DNA of 64,000 nucleotides from Nageia nagi (lineage: Eukaryota; Plantae; Pinophyta), in assembly GCA_050084985.1 (NCBI GenBank), contig JBITNC010000001.1:38068001-38132000 (forward strand). The letters run 5' to 3'. Below, in pieces: positions 27,475 through 40,699 of this stretch. The notes below the pieces were generated by a model. That model made no database searches. It saw nothing but the letters and a program-made list of their open reading frames with translations, and was not told where the DNA came from. Both the position numbers and the translations under genes were made by a program. Numbering within the stretch: position 1 is the stretch's first letter; each line of letters opens with the position of its first letter.

Positions 27475-28274
27475 TTGAGGATATAGGTGAGAAGTAAAGT
27501 GGACCAACATTACTTTTTTATAACAACATAAGTGCCATTCAATTGACACAAAACCTTGTCCACCATAGAAGATCCAAACACTTCAATTTGAAGTACCACT
27601 TCATTCGAGATAAGATAGAAAAGAAGCAAATTGGGATAATTTATTGTATCAACAACGTTGAATTAGCAAATTTGTTTATAAAAGGTGTTGCAAAGGCTCA
27701 ATTTTTGAAGTTGAGAGAGACACTAGTGAGCCCTCTCATTATCAAGGGGAAGAGTGTAGGAAATAAATCTCAGTTCACTTGCACATATTCGACTTCGTCA
27801 ACCTTTATGGAAATTTTGACGAAACATGGTCCCCTTGATGAAACATAGGCTCGTTTATGCGAAGCACGATCTCTTTGATGAAACACAGACACTTTTCAGT
27901 TCTTGGATCTTCTATTTTGGAATATGTAATCTTAGGAGTATGAAGACTAAAATGTTGGTGCGTTGTTGGAGACATTGATGAAACATTGAAACATTTCATC
28001 TATAATAACTTTTCGTATTTTAGTCGTTCTTTTATTTGTTTGTCTTAGTAGTTGTAGGGTTGTTTATTCATTTTCGTATTCTAGGATGATTCAAGTTCAT
28101 TCAACTTATATATAGTGTGGTTATTTCATTGTTGAAACAAGTTTATACATTTGATGTAATATTATGTTGCCCTAGTGAATATAAAATACCATCATAGTCC
28201 ATTGCTCTTTGTTCATTGCTTGTTGTGACTCCATACTATGATGCTTGATTATTTGATTAAGTTGTAAAACTTCA

Positions 28275-29580
28275 GTAAGAGGGTTGAGGAGCTATGGAAT
28301 GGGGTCGTAGATAAGATTGCTAACATGTTATTAGGTTGGAGAGGAGCAATAATTAGCTAAGCTGCTAAATGTAATTGGTCAAAATAACATTTCAAAGCAT
28401 CCTTGTATACTTTGCTAGTATTTTGAAAATTCCAGGGCTAGTGGCAGCAATGATTGATCATATTTGCAAAACTTTTCTTTGCATTGGAGGCGAAGAGAGA
28501 AAAGGAATTCATCTAGTTGCATGGGAGAATATTTGTAGACCCAAACTAGGAGGCGGATTGGGGTGTAGGGCAATAAGCTAGATGAATCAAGCTTTTAGGA
28601 TGAAGATAACTTGGAGATTATGTTGTAGCCTAGTGACTGATTGGATCAAGATAGTTTAGGCAAAGTACATGGAAGGGGCTAACAATCTATTAAGGATTAC
28701 AAGACCTCCAAAAGGTTCCGTCTTCTAGGATGGATTGGTAGATGTTAGGGATGCAATCTGCACGAATTCAAGATTGGACATTAATAGAGTTATTGAGGTT
28801 TCCTTTTGGGATGACCCATGGTTGACACTAATACCGTTAGGACAAATCCATGGCTACACATTGGTTGCAAATGGAGCAAAAGTGAATATTTTTTGCAAAA
28901 ATGAAAATTACATAAGAAAGGAAAACATTGATGCTAGATGGTTTATTTCTCCAACCCCTAATACAGGAATTGAAATACTCCAACAAGTAAGATATCAAAT
29001 TCAAGGTTATAAGATATTTGCTTTAGATAAGGACGATGAATTGAATTAGATAGGGAATAAAGGTAGCATGTTTGATTATGAAGTTAAGATTGGATGTGAG
29101 ACACTAGACTCCAACATAAAGGATGACATAAGACGGTTGTGGAAGAAAGTATGGGCTAAGGGGCTAATCCTAAAAATATCATGCTTCACCTAGGGAGAAA
29201 TGTTAAATGGTATTATGACCAATGGCAATCTTAGGAAAAGGGAAATGATCTTTCCCAATTGTTGTATCATGTGTGGTAGAGAAGAGGAAACAATCTAACA
29301 TCTATTTCGCTATTGTTCTTTTGTATCAAAGGTTTGGTATAATCTGAGCAGGAGCATTGGGTTCCAATGGGTTATGCCTTCTGAATTAGGTGAGAAAATT
29401 GAACAATGGATCCTAGGAAAGGGAGGTGAAAATTAATCAAAGTTTGGATCCTAATGGTGTCACACAATTTAAGCATTATGGAAGGAGATGAAAAAACGTA
29501 TATTCCTTGATTGTGACTTGCCCATAACCAAAATCTGGGGAAAGAGTATAGAAGCTGTTAAGGAGAATATATTTGTTTGT
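28275..29580 (+). pseudogene. LINE ORF2, 3' part (RT thumb, zf-RVT)
   Basis: Resumes after the Copia with LWNGVVDKIANMLLGW, HLVAWENICRPKLGGGLG, SFWDDPW, WKKVW and CIMCGREEETI*HLFRYC. Confidence 0.9.
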
Positions 29581-29916
29581 TTGAAGATGGACACACCTTG
29601 GATGTAGCTATTGGTGTGCTTTTCTAAAACCTCCACTGAAAAGCCCCACCATCCATATTGGATGTTGATGTGAAGGATATGATGGATAGTTCATGAAGAG
29701 GTAGATGGATGCATGAGTGGGTGGGGGTTTTGGTCACATGGTTCACAAAATCAATACACATCCCTTGAGTACATATCACTATGCGGTGATATGATTGATG
29801 TTAATGGATGACATGCATTAGGTTTGGTGGGAGGACACACACTTAGAAGTTGGCGAAGCATGCATGTGTTGTTTTTTCAGGCGTTGCATGCATATGTAAT
29901 TTCTGCAAGAGGAAAG

Positions 29917-32900
29917 ATGGATCAAATCAAGTGGGTTGAGCCAAGTAACTGCCATGAGGTGAAAATCGATAAGGTGTGGAAGTGATTCAAGAGAGGAGTA
30001 GTAGGTTTTTTTAAGCACTATAGGGGCCATGACATGGAACTCTTGTAAAATTGCAAAACCATGGAAAGATGATAGTGCATTGGTGGGTTCAATCAAAATC
30101 GACTTCTCCAAGGAGGCTATTGTTGTGACTACCACCTTGAGCTTTGAAAGGAGGCTCTATGATAGATACAACAAGGTGAAGCATACAAAAATTGATGAGT
30201 TTTGGGATGAAGGAGAGGCTATGGAGAAGGTGAATTCTAGGTATGAATCCCATTGGATTGAGTAATGGAGTGGGTCATTCTCTACTTCACCATGGAAGGA
30301 AGGTTGATTATGGTTTATGGTCCTCACATAATCCTGCTAAATCATTTGAGGCGTGAAGATACGAGAAATTGCTTTCCTTCCAACTAACTTCAATGAAAAA
30401 AATAATGGCCAGAGTTAAAGAGGATTACTTGTTGCACCAAGAGTTGCTTTCCCTAATATACAATTGGGCGACCAACAACTTGTTGCAATAAACCCCTCAT
30501 ATCCAAACAAAATAAATATTGGAGAAAGTAGTAGAGTAGGAGCTATTGCTGGTATCTAAGAAAGGCAAAATAAAGGAAGTTGAGGTCGACCTAAAGGAAG
30601 CTAGGAAGAGGAGAGCCGCCATGCGATTTCAAAAGAAAGGGAAAGGAGTTGAATTCTCAGTAGGGATCGAAGAGGCTCAAGACCCAATTTATGGAAAACA
30701 AGAACAAGGAGAGTTGAGTATGCCCAAGGTAGCTAGTGGAAGAGCTAAGAGTAGAGTGAGGAAATTAGAGTCAACATCCTCCCAACTAACGAAGAAGGGT
30801 AAGAAGGCCAACTATAAGATCTTTACATCTCATGAAAAGATCGAGAGGATAATAACCATTGCAAGGAACTACACAAATGTGGGAGATGAGGAGTTTGACT
30901 TAGGGAATTTGTTTGAGCATTTAACTTCCTAAAATTTGGAGGGTTAACATGAGCTTGTAGCTTGGAAGTAGCCCACCCCGAAGAAAGTGCAACAAAAGCA
31001 ACTTGAGCCAAAACCAAGAGAAGTTGGGAAGGACTTGCATGGTACTAACATTAAGGCTAGAGGCAAGGGAGGGTTGAGAAAGGAGGAGAAGACCTCAGAG
31101 CCTAAAATCCTATTGGAATCCTTAGTAAAGAAGGGACTTGAAGTCCATTCAAAGTTTAGGCAGGACCCAACTCACCAAAACTTGGGCAAGGAACAATCAA
31201 TGGAGGTAGAATGGGAGGTGAAAAAGAAAGAAAAAAGGAGCCCACAAAAGTTAACTATTGTGATGAGCTATTTTTGGGATCAATCCTCAAACGTACCATA
31301 AGAGAGGGACATTTGGATTCCAACCTTCAAAGTAGCCAAGCAAGATCAAAATTGAATAAGTATTACAATGTCTAGTTAGGATTGATAAATTTTTCAAACA
31401 TATTCTGAAAATTCACACACAAACCCAATGTCCAGATAGACAAGCAAAAGCAAGTGTTAAGAAATGAAAATGCACTTCCAAATTCAACATCCCAATTATG
31501 GAGCAATTAGTGACTTCAATAATGCAAAATACCTCTCGAGTTGTAACATCCTAGTCAGGAAGCAAGAACACATCAAACAAGCATGTTATTTTCCTAGTAT
31601 TCCATTGTCCCAATCAGGGAGCATAAATAGGAAGTAAACAACTCAAATTTCACCCTAGATGCAACGTCCCAATTTGGGAGCACAAACAATACTCGAACAA
31701 TGCAAAACTACTCCACAATCTAATGTCCAATCATAGAGAGATAAATAACAATATTTCGACAATAGAATGTAATTGTATTGAATATAGCAAGAGTAGAATA
31801 ATTACAATGTTTTTGTTAACCAATAGAGTTTGTACGAGGATTGTCTTGCATTGGGTTATTTCGGATGGCTCCAAGGCCTCACTAATCTTAGGAGTAATAA
31901 GGCAACACAAGGTCTCTTTTGCAACAACTATGATATAACCAACAACTTTCTTCTCAAGATGGCTAAAGGTAGCCTCCTCTCCCTCCGATACCTCAAATGT
32001 AGGTCGGCCCACAAGTGGCAAAGATAGAGCCTCCACTCAATCTAGAATAAAAGGGTTTATAATCAAATCCAACATATCTCACAATGAATATGAGTTCTCC
32101 TTTTATAAGTGAGGATGATCATCTTCTAATCTTGCTTTGGGATGATCCAATAGTGGAGAGACATGCTTCGTGTGCTCCTGTATGCAATGACCAAGACGGG
32201 AAGCCTTGGGATAAGTGTAATCACATTTGAGGATCCAAAAAAATTGAAGTGCAAGAGGGGGGTGATTCTAGAGTGCCTTGTGATCAATGCCATCGGTCCA
32301 TGTGCCTTGGTAGCCAACATGGGGTCTTGGGATCCTCCAAAGCCCAACGTCCATTTTCTAGAGCCGTTTACTTCCATCAATATCGCCAATTCTTAGTTCG
32401 AAGTATTGGGTTCATCCTTAGAGGTACGAATGTTCTTGTAGTCAGTGCAATCACCTAAGGGGATGCTCTATCTCGAACAGGGGAGCACTAATGACTTGAA
32501 ATACATTTAATGCCAATATTACAATCATTAAGGTTAGATTATGCAACATCTCGTTCAGTGAGATTACTATTGCATTTACAATTATAGTTGCCTTGATATC
32601 ACAAATACATCATTAATTGATATTTTTTGCAAATAAATAAATAAATAAAAGGGCTATTTATTCCATAATTAGAGAATCATTGAGTCTTTATGTGGAATTT
32701 GCATCATTTTGGTCAAATTATACAAATATTGATAAAAGCACTCCTAAATCAATATTGCCATTTATCAGAGGTGAAATGGGGAAAACACCTAGAAAAAGGG
32801 GACATTACAGTTGTAAAGGAGAGGTTATATAAGAAGTCATCCCTAGAAGTGGCCCTGCGAATAAGTATCCGTAATTCCAACAAGATGATGATACCAATTA

Positions 32901-32929
32901 AGCAACATGTGGATAGAAGGACTAAATAA
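29917..32929 (+). pseudogene. Degenerate retrotransposon-associated accessory ORF (conserved-looking N-terminal domain, K/E-rich tail), interrupted by a solo LTR
   Basis: Fragments: VEPSNC; AKPWKDDSALVGSIKIDFSKEAIVVTTTL; YFTMEGRLIMVYGPHIILLNHL; LHQELLSLIY; K/E-rich ORFs 30546-30932 and 30987-31258. The frame continues after the LTR as VVKERLYKK...RRTK*. Confidence 0.55.
31259..32809 (-). mobile_element. Solo LTR, ~1.5-kb family
   Basis: TGTGATGAGC...GGGGACATTACA, collinear with 33275-34775 and 54268-55723. No PBS or PPT adjacent. Degenerate TSD ACTAT/GTTGT. Confidence 0.88.
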
Positions 32930-33274
32930 TAGGAGTCTGTGTATAACATATTTTTTGGAATCTGATTGTAATAGTTTGTCTTTTTACGACAAATATATTG
33001 TATTGGTGTATATTAGTATATAGTATGCTGATTGTACCTTTCTGTTGTTTTGCCTACCAGAAGGATGGAATTGATAACAATTGGATAAAATATAGACACT
33101 ATTTTGAACTTCTTTTGGCTTAATAGTGTGATGTTTTAAAACCCTCCTTTTTACCTCGTATAGAAAAATAACAAGTTTTAAGCTATACCAGAGCAATAAG
33201 TAAACTGTAGGGTAGGACTTCCAAACTCATTGGGCAACTTCCACAACTTCAAACATTGCAAACCTCGCTTAAAA

Positions 33275-34775
33275 TGTGATGAGTCGTTCTAGGGCTCACT
33301 CCTCAAATATACACTAGGAGAGCGACGTTTGGCTTCTTTCTCCAGAATTGCTCCAAACAAGCTCAAACATGCACAAAATATCCAACAACTTGTTGAGAAT
33401 GAAAAATACGAAAGTGAACTTGCGAAAAATACCTTCAAACCCTACGTCTAACTATTATGAGCAATTACGAAATTAACACCAACAATTAGCTGAAGTATTC
33501 CAACGACTTAATCAATGAGCAAAATGGTACTTGAAGAATACAAAAATGCTCCACAAACCCAACGTCCCAGTTGAAGAGCCAAAACATATATTAAGCAATG
33601 AAAATATCACTCTAGATCCAACATTGCAACCAAGAAGAGAAAATAACAATGTGATAATTTAACTATGCTGTCAATTTGAACGTCAAAGCACAAAGAGAAA
33701 AACAACAAGATATTGATGGAAAAATATAATTGTATTTGATATAGCAAGACTAGCGTAATTACAATATTGTTGTTAACTTAAGGAGTTTGTTCCATGACTA
33801 CCTCTAATGGGGTTATTTTGGATGGTTCCATGGCTTCAACAATCCTAGAAGCAGTGAGGCAAGACTAGGTCTCCTCTGCAACAACTGTGATGGAATCAAA
33901 AGCATTCCTCTCAAGATGGCTAGAGTAAGTTCAAGAGTAGCCTGTTATCCCCTCAATACCTCAAATGTAGGTTGCCCTACAAATGGCAAAGATAGAGTCT
34001 CCTCTCAATCCGAATAAAAGGGTTTCATAACAATAATCAACATTTCTCATAATGGTAACGAGTCCTTTTATAGGTGAGGGTGATCATCTTCTAATTTTGC
34101 ATTGAGATGATCCATCAATGAAGAGATGTGATTCGTGTGCTCATGTGTGCAGCATCCAAGACAAAGAGCCTTGGGATGAATGAAATCACATCCAAAGGCT
34201 AGAAATGCCAACATTCAATAGGGGGTGATGTTGGAGCGTCTTGTGATCAGTGCTATAGGTCCATGTGCTTCGGAGGGCCAACATGGGATCTTAGGATGCT
34301 CACATGCCCAACGTCCATGCTAAGGAGCCATGTACTTGCCTCGAGATTGCCAATGCCTTGTTCGAAGTGCCACATCCATTCTTAAAGCTTCAAATGACCG
34401 TTTAGTCGGTGCAATCACCTAGGGGGATGCTTTACCTCGAAGAGGGGAGCACTAATGATTAGAGATACATTTAATGCCAATATTACAATCATCAAGGCTA
34501 AAATATGCAATGCTTCATTTAGTGAGACTAATATTGTATTTACAATTGCTTTGGTATTACAAATACAACATTATTGGCATTTTAATAAATAACTAAACAT
34601 AAATAAATAAATAAAAAGACCATTTGTTCCATAATTAGAGCTTTATGAATTTTGTAAGTGGAATTTACAATATTTTGATCAAATTCTACTAAAATAGACA
34701 AAATCGTTCCTAAATTAATGTTCCCATTTATCAGAGGTGAAATGGGGAAAACACCGAAAAAATAGGGGCATTATA
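33275..34775 (-). mobile_element. Solo LTR, ~1.5-kb family
   Basis: TGTGATGAGTCGTTCTAGGGCTCACTCC...GGGGCATTATA. Degenerate TSD TAAAA/TAGGA. No PBS or PPT adjacent. Confidence 0.88.
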
Positions 34776-36483
34776 TAGGACAAGGTTGTCCATATTCTTA
34801 TCTCAAGCCTACAAGGTCAACCATGACTTTATGTTTGTAAGATCTTCACACATGGAATGTTTTGACAAATTTTGATTCCAATTTTTAAGGTCGATGTGGT
34901 CCTTGTTTTAGGTAATTCATGCATATTTGAGCTATTCTTTCATTTTCAATTTAGTTTTTGATGAGTAATTTCGATTCAAATTCTAAAGTGTTAGATCTCT
35001 TCAAATAAGTGCACACATTTCCTATTTCAATTTGGTATACACTAGATCTAGGATTGTTGTATTTAGTTGCTTTCCTTTATTGCTATATCTCTAGTATGCA
35101 AATCACATGTATATTGCAATATCATTTCAAATCAGTTTCTGTTATCATTTCATAAGCAAATAATTGGATTTATTATTGTTATAATTGTTTTATTAGTCCA
35201 CAGGGTCCACACATTTCTTAAAAGTAAATTTCAAGTGTAGATACTAAAAATTGATTTATATTTAAATAAACCTAGTATCTATTTATATTTTCAATAATTA
35301 ATTTAATTATGCAAAAGATGTGTTAATGAAGTATTTAGCATAAATAAAATGACAATAAGAAGGGTATAAATGAAATATGCAAGAATAATAGAAAACTTTA
35401 ATTGTTGGATCACAACTTTGGCCTCAACAAATTTGATATTAGAATGTTTGTACATAAATAATCTTTAACCTGTGATGATCAATAAAAAATCAGAAGGAAG
35501 GACTACATCTTAATGACGTAAGAACATTTAACATATTGGAAGCTTGATCCTCTTATGAGAACTCTAGTAATGCACAATTGAGCTTAGGGAATTCATTAAT
35601 GCATATATGAAGGATGGATTTCACTTAGCTCAAAATCTTGTTATGGTCATCAACCTACTTAGAACACTAATCTAACTTTGATACTAGTAAATGGAAAGCA
35701 AATAAATCCTTTTTAGCCACATAACTTAGATTTTGATAAGTGATAATGGTTACAATAAACATTTTCTATCAAGATTTGATGATGATCATCTCATTGCATA
35801 TTCCTCTTTTGATAGATTGAGCTCCCTCTCTTTGCCAAGACTCTGTGCTTAACATGCTTAGGACCTTATATCCCAAGAGAAATGGATGTGTGAAATAGTG
35901 ATGTAAGTTGCAACAAATGATATAATATAAAAAGATATTCTAGAATTTAATACAAAAAATCTCAATTTATATATTTTTTTATTTATACCTCAATACTAAG
36001 GCAATTATAATTGTTCTAGGTTAGTCGCCTTTGCTCGTGGCTCTTGCAACACTCCAACTCATTTCGTGGCTCCCATTTGGCCTGGCTAGATCCATGACTA
36101 GTGCAGACCTCTCCTCAATCTGTATCCTCCTCGCTTGCCCCTCATTCGACACTCCACAAGGTGTTGTTGAAAGTTCTTTTTCCTGGTGTACTCTGTAGAT
36201 CGTGGTCTCAAAGGCGTGTTTTTTTTATTTAGTGAAAAACTTCTTGTGCGAGGATTCGTGTCATGGTCTGGATCGTGGTTGTGTGAAAAATACCCTGCAA
36301 AATAAAAAAATGTCTAATTTTAAGAATTAGAAAAATAAATATTTTTCTGATTTTTTTAATGAACTATAGGTTCTGTCCAAAAACATTTAATTCAAGACCT
36401 AAAGAGCCCAAGTGCGAGGAGATTATTCGCAGTATATTGCAATATCTCTAGTATGCAAATCACATGTATATTGCAATATCTCT

Positions 36484-38340
36484 TTGTTCTACTTCTAGTA
36501 TTGAGATTGGTGATTCCTCTCACATTTTTGTTAAGGGGAAAGGGGACATTCGTCTTGGAGGTGGTCGCTTCCTTGATGTATTTTTGGTTCCTAATATCTC
36601 TGCCATCCTTCTTTATGTGTATCAAATTTGTAATACTGGTGGTGGGAGAATTGTTTTGTTCACACCTTAGAGTTTTGAGATTCATAGTTTCCTTAAGCCA
36701 TAATCACTTCTTGCACGAGGTGTTGTTGACCATTCCTTTAGACACTCAGTTTCATGGATTTGATGATACTTCTTTAGGTATTGGGTTGGTTGCTCATGTA
36801 GATTCTGTGAGTAGACTTTGGCATGAGAGGTTTGGGCACCTTAATTATAGATATTTGCAGTTGTTGCATTATGATGACATGGTCATTATCTTGCCTAAGA
36901 TGTCTTGTTCTGATGGTGTTTTCCCTTTTTATGCCCTTAGTAAGCAACATCAAGACTTTTTTCCAAAAGGCAAAACTCATTGTGCATCTTCACTTTTGGA
37001 GTTGGTACATAGTGACTTGATGGTTTTTTTCACCCATCCTTCATGGGAGCTCAATATGCACTGATTTTCATTGATGATTTCTCGAGACGTACTTAGGTGT
37101 ATTTTCTCAAGTACAAGAGTGATATCTTTGCTCATTTGAAAGTCTTCAAGGCTTTGGTTGAGAATTAGTCTTCCAGTTTTATCAAGAAGCTTTGCACAAA
37201 CAATGGGACGAGTACTTCAGCATAGAGTTTTCAGAGTTCCTTGAGAAGCATGGAATAATTCATCAACATTTTGTCCCTCATACTCCAAAGTGGAATGGAG
37301 TTGTAGAAAGAAAGAACAGAACATTGAAGGAGATGACCAATCGTATGATGCATTCTAAAGACTTGCCTCGTATTTTCTAGGCTGAGGCAGTCAATTGTGC
37401 GAACTACACCTAAAATCACACTCCCCATCGAGCACTTGATCACATGAATCTTGAAGAGGCTTGGAGTGGAACAAAGCTAAATGTGTCATGTGTCAGAGTA
37501 TTTAGTAGTCATGCTTGGGCTTTCATTCTGAAGACCAAGCATAAGGCCTTGGATAAGAAGAGCAAGCCTCAAATCTTTGTTGGCTATAGTGAGGATATGA
37601 AGGCGTATCGATTGATTGATACTGACACTCGATCTCTTTTCCACACTCATGTTTTGTTTGATGAGCGTCTTCCTTATCCTTCCTCTTCATCTCCTTCCTC
37701 ATTCTTACCTAACTCCTGTGACATATCTTCCGAGGTCTTTTATGAGGAGGATATTCCTGAGGTTGTTGTTCCCACTATAGCTATTGATCCTCCTACACCT
37801 CCACGACCTACAATTGTTGCTACACCTCTTGTTGATGTTGCATCTTCTTCCACTACTAGTGGTCACATGCCCAAATGGGATTGCTCTACACTTGAGGATG
37901 CAACAACTTTCATCTAGGATCTCCCTCCTTTCCGTCGCCATTCCACCGTTTCTAGTCTAGTTGGTTAGGCACAATCAGGCGATTCATTAACTTTTTCAGA
38001 GGCTCATGGTATATCGGACTAGGATGATGCGATGGCGTCGAAGTATTCTTCCTTGTTGAAGAATAATACTTGAGTGCTTGTTCTTCATCCACATGGAAGG
38101 AAGTTGGTTCTATGTAAATGGTTGTATCGAACCAAGTATATAATTGATGGTTCTATTGACAAGTATAAGGCTCGTCTTGTTGCTAAGGGTTTCTTACAAG
38201 TTGAAATGATTGACTACTCTAAAACCTTTGCCCCTGTGGCCAAGATGGATTCAGTTCCCTTGTACTTGCTATTGATGCTGCTAAGGGATGGTTGGTATGT
38301 CAAATGGATGTGAAGAGCACCTTTTTGCATGATGATTTGC
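36484..38340 (+). pseudogene. Truncated Copia pol fragment (post-protease region, GAG-pre-integrase, integrase, RT N-terminus)
   Basis: IEIGDSSHIFVKGKGDI; LWHERFGHLNY; LELVHSDL; HTPKWNGVVERKNRTL; FVGYSEDMKAYRL; CKWLYRTK...KYKARLVAKGF; QMDVKSTFLHDDL, then truncated. Confidence 0.92.
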
Positions 38341-38343
38341 AAA

Positions 38344-38607
38344 AAGGTTGGGCTTATTTTTAAGTTAGATGTAAGGCCTATGATAGAGTATCCTGGCCTT
38401 TGCTCCTAAAACTTTTGTAAAATTTTTGCATCCATAATAATTTGATAAATTTAATCTAAGGTTGCATCTCTTTGACATTTTTTTTTGTTTTTGTTATTGG
38501 TTCTTATGCATTTTACTTCAAGGTGATCCACTGTCCCCCTTTCTCTTTATTACGTTAGTAGAGGCATTGGGAAGTTCACTTAAAACAACAATTACTAAAG
38601 GTGATAT
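38344..38607 (+). pseudogene. LINE RT fragment
   Basis: GLIFKLDV-KAYDRVSW and QGDPLSPFLFITLVEALG. Confidence 0.8.
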
Positions 38608-39805
38608 TGTTAGGTCCCCAATTTGTAAGGTTTTACTCTTTTTTGATTTTAAGGATATTTCATCATGTACAAGCCAGAAATTGATGTTTCGTCATTGGGA
38701 ATGGAAAGAGAACCTCGTGCCATTTGTTTTGATAGGTTATACGACATGGTTTCATCAAGAAACAAAGATGTTATGACATTTTGAAGCTTCCTTGCTAAGC
38801 CAATTATAATTGTTTGGAAGAGAAGATCTCTCCATCCTCCTGGAGAGAAATTGTAGAGCTTAGATCTTGCCATTTTGCTGAGTAAAGGTAGAAAAGAGGA
38901 ATTTTTAATGGTACTATAGTAGATACAAACAACATTGTAATCTGCAAGTGGATTTAAGGAGTTTCAGGCATCTAGATCTTAAATTTGAGCTACTAAAGGA
39001 AAATGTTGAGGAGTTTTGAGGCCTCAAGCTAGTTTGTGTAACCTTTGGAAGGATATTTTGGCCACTATATCTCATTCGTTGGTCCCTTGGAGGACAATGT
39101 TGAGAATTTTGCAATCAAAATTGCAGTTTTCGAGGATGTGAAGGTAGACGTTGGCCAATTTTGAGGAGTTTCAAGGCCTCAAGCTGGTTTGTGTAACCTT
39201 TGGAAGGATATTTTGACCACTATATCTCATTCGTTGGTCCCTTGGAGGACAATGTTGAGAATTTTGCAATCAAACTTGCAGTTTTCGAGGATGTGAAGGT
39301 AGACGTTGGATATTTTGCACAAAATTGCAGTGTTTTGAGGAGTGAAAGGTGTGACATAGGGTTGTGGTGCCTAGTTTGAACCCTTTATCATCAAATCTTG
39401 CACTTGGATCCATATTGTACCATTTTGAAGATGCTTGCATCAATATTTGTGTAATTTGGCCAAAATGATGGAAATTCAACTTAGAAACGCAATAATGCTC
39501 TAATTATAAAATACATGACTCATTTATTTGTTTGTCAAAATGTCAATTAATGATGTATTTGTGATACCAATGCAACTATAAATGTAAATGCAATATTAGT
39601 CTCATTTAATGAGGCATTGTATATTCTAGCCTTAGTGATTGTAATATTGGCATTAAATGTATCTGTCCTCATTAATACTTCCTTCTTCAAGATAGAGCAT
39701 TCCCCTCAGTGATTGTACAGACTATGAGAACATTTGTAGCTCTAAGAATGAAACAGGCACTTTGAACTAAGCGTTGGTGATCTCGATGCAAGTAAATGGC
39801 CCTAG
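38608..39805 (+). mobile_element. LTR-derived segment ending in a fragment of the ~1.5-kb LTR family
   Basis: Starts TGTTAGGTCCCC. Segment ~39430-39805 is the reverse complement of the LTR core (GCAATATTAGTCTCA...GATTGTAATATTGGCATTAAATGTATCT). Confidence 0.65.
39007..39309. repeat. 155-bp near-perfect tandem duplication
   Basis: TGAGGAGTTT..AGGCCTCAAGCT...GTAGACGTTGG starts at 39007 and 39162. Confidence 0.95.
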
Positions 39806-40699
39806 TTGGTGACTTCAAAAATTAACTTGAAATAAATACCATAATTATGAATATAATGTTAAATTACCCTTAACAATTATCCATTTCAAATCAATGGTTA
39901 AAATGCTCAAATGAATAATTCTAAATGTCTATTTGCTTATTGTGAGAACTATGATGGAAACTTTTATGATGATGCATTTCTCAAAATAGAAAAGGAAAAG
40001 AGGCTAAGAGTTACAATTTCAAAAATAGAAAAAAAATTAGAGATAAATTTGAAAATTTGCTTTATGCATTTTGCCTCTTAAGGTTTGTTAGTTGATAAAC
40101 TAATGGACGAACATGAAAAAGGACAAAACAAGAAAAAGAAGGGAATTTAAAAGGTTATTGTTGGCACTTAATGCCACTTACCCAACAAAATTGATGTGTT
40201 AAACCATGTGTCATGCCAACTTCCCAAATGTAATCATTAAAGGCCATAATCCAAACCTCTTGTGCATAACCACTTTGGTTCATAAAGAGAATAAGGAAGT
40301 TACTTTATCCTAGAACTATGTTTATGCCAAGAAAATCACGCATTGGGTAAGGTCATGAGTCATCGTCTAAGCAAATGATCTATCAGGTAAGCATGGAACT
40401 CATTGGGTGAGCCAAGTGAGAATGTTCTTCAATGAATAAGTGCAAGTATTAAATTGAATAGAGAAGGTGCATCATGATGTTAGATATTTATGATTAAACT
40501 TTTAGGTCATGTGGTAATGGTTCTATATGTTGGGTCAAAATTTTCTTGACATGATCAAAGTTTACTTAGCAAAGTTGAAGTTGGTCTTTATGTGAAATTG
40601 CTATCAATTTCAAATGATTATATCTCTTAACTCACATTAAATTTCAGCCAATTTGGAGTAGTTTTGATAAGTTGGGTTGGACAACTTTTGCATGGATCG

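Larger units (their letters stand above)
22878..28274 (+). mobile_element. Full-length degenerate Ty1/Copia LTR retrotransposon (Copia-A)
   Basis: LTRs at 22878-23395 and 27755-28274 (TGTAGGAAAT...AAACTTCA). PBS TGGTATCAGAGC at 23398-23409. PPT AAGGGGAAGAG. Gag (DYEYWSIKMK, CCHC remnant), protease (LDNGCTNHM), FGHLNF, integrase, RT (HHMDVKSAFLN) and RNase H (TWSSKKQ) are all disrupted. No clean TSD. Confidence 0.95.
19340..29600 (+). mobile_element. L1-clade LINE, near full length, degenerate, split by a Copia insertion
   Basis: ORF1 and ORF2 remnants lie in canonical order. Ends are approximate; no poly(A) tail or TSD was resolved. Confidence 0.9.

Noticed and set aside
31259-34775. Two same-orientation LTRs 465 bp apart as a TRIM/LARD-like mini-element
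   Set aside because: The spacer has no PBS or PPT, each LTR has its own candidate TSD, and the spacer continues the interrupted ORF, so these are independent insertions.
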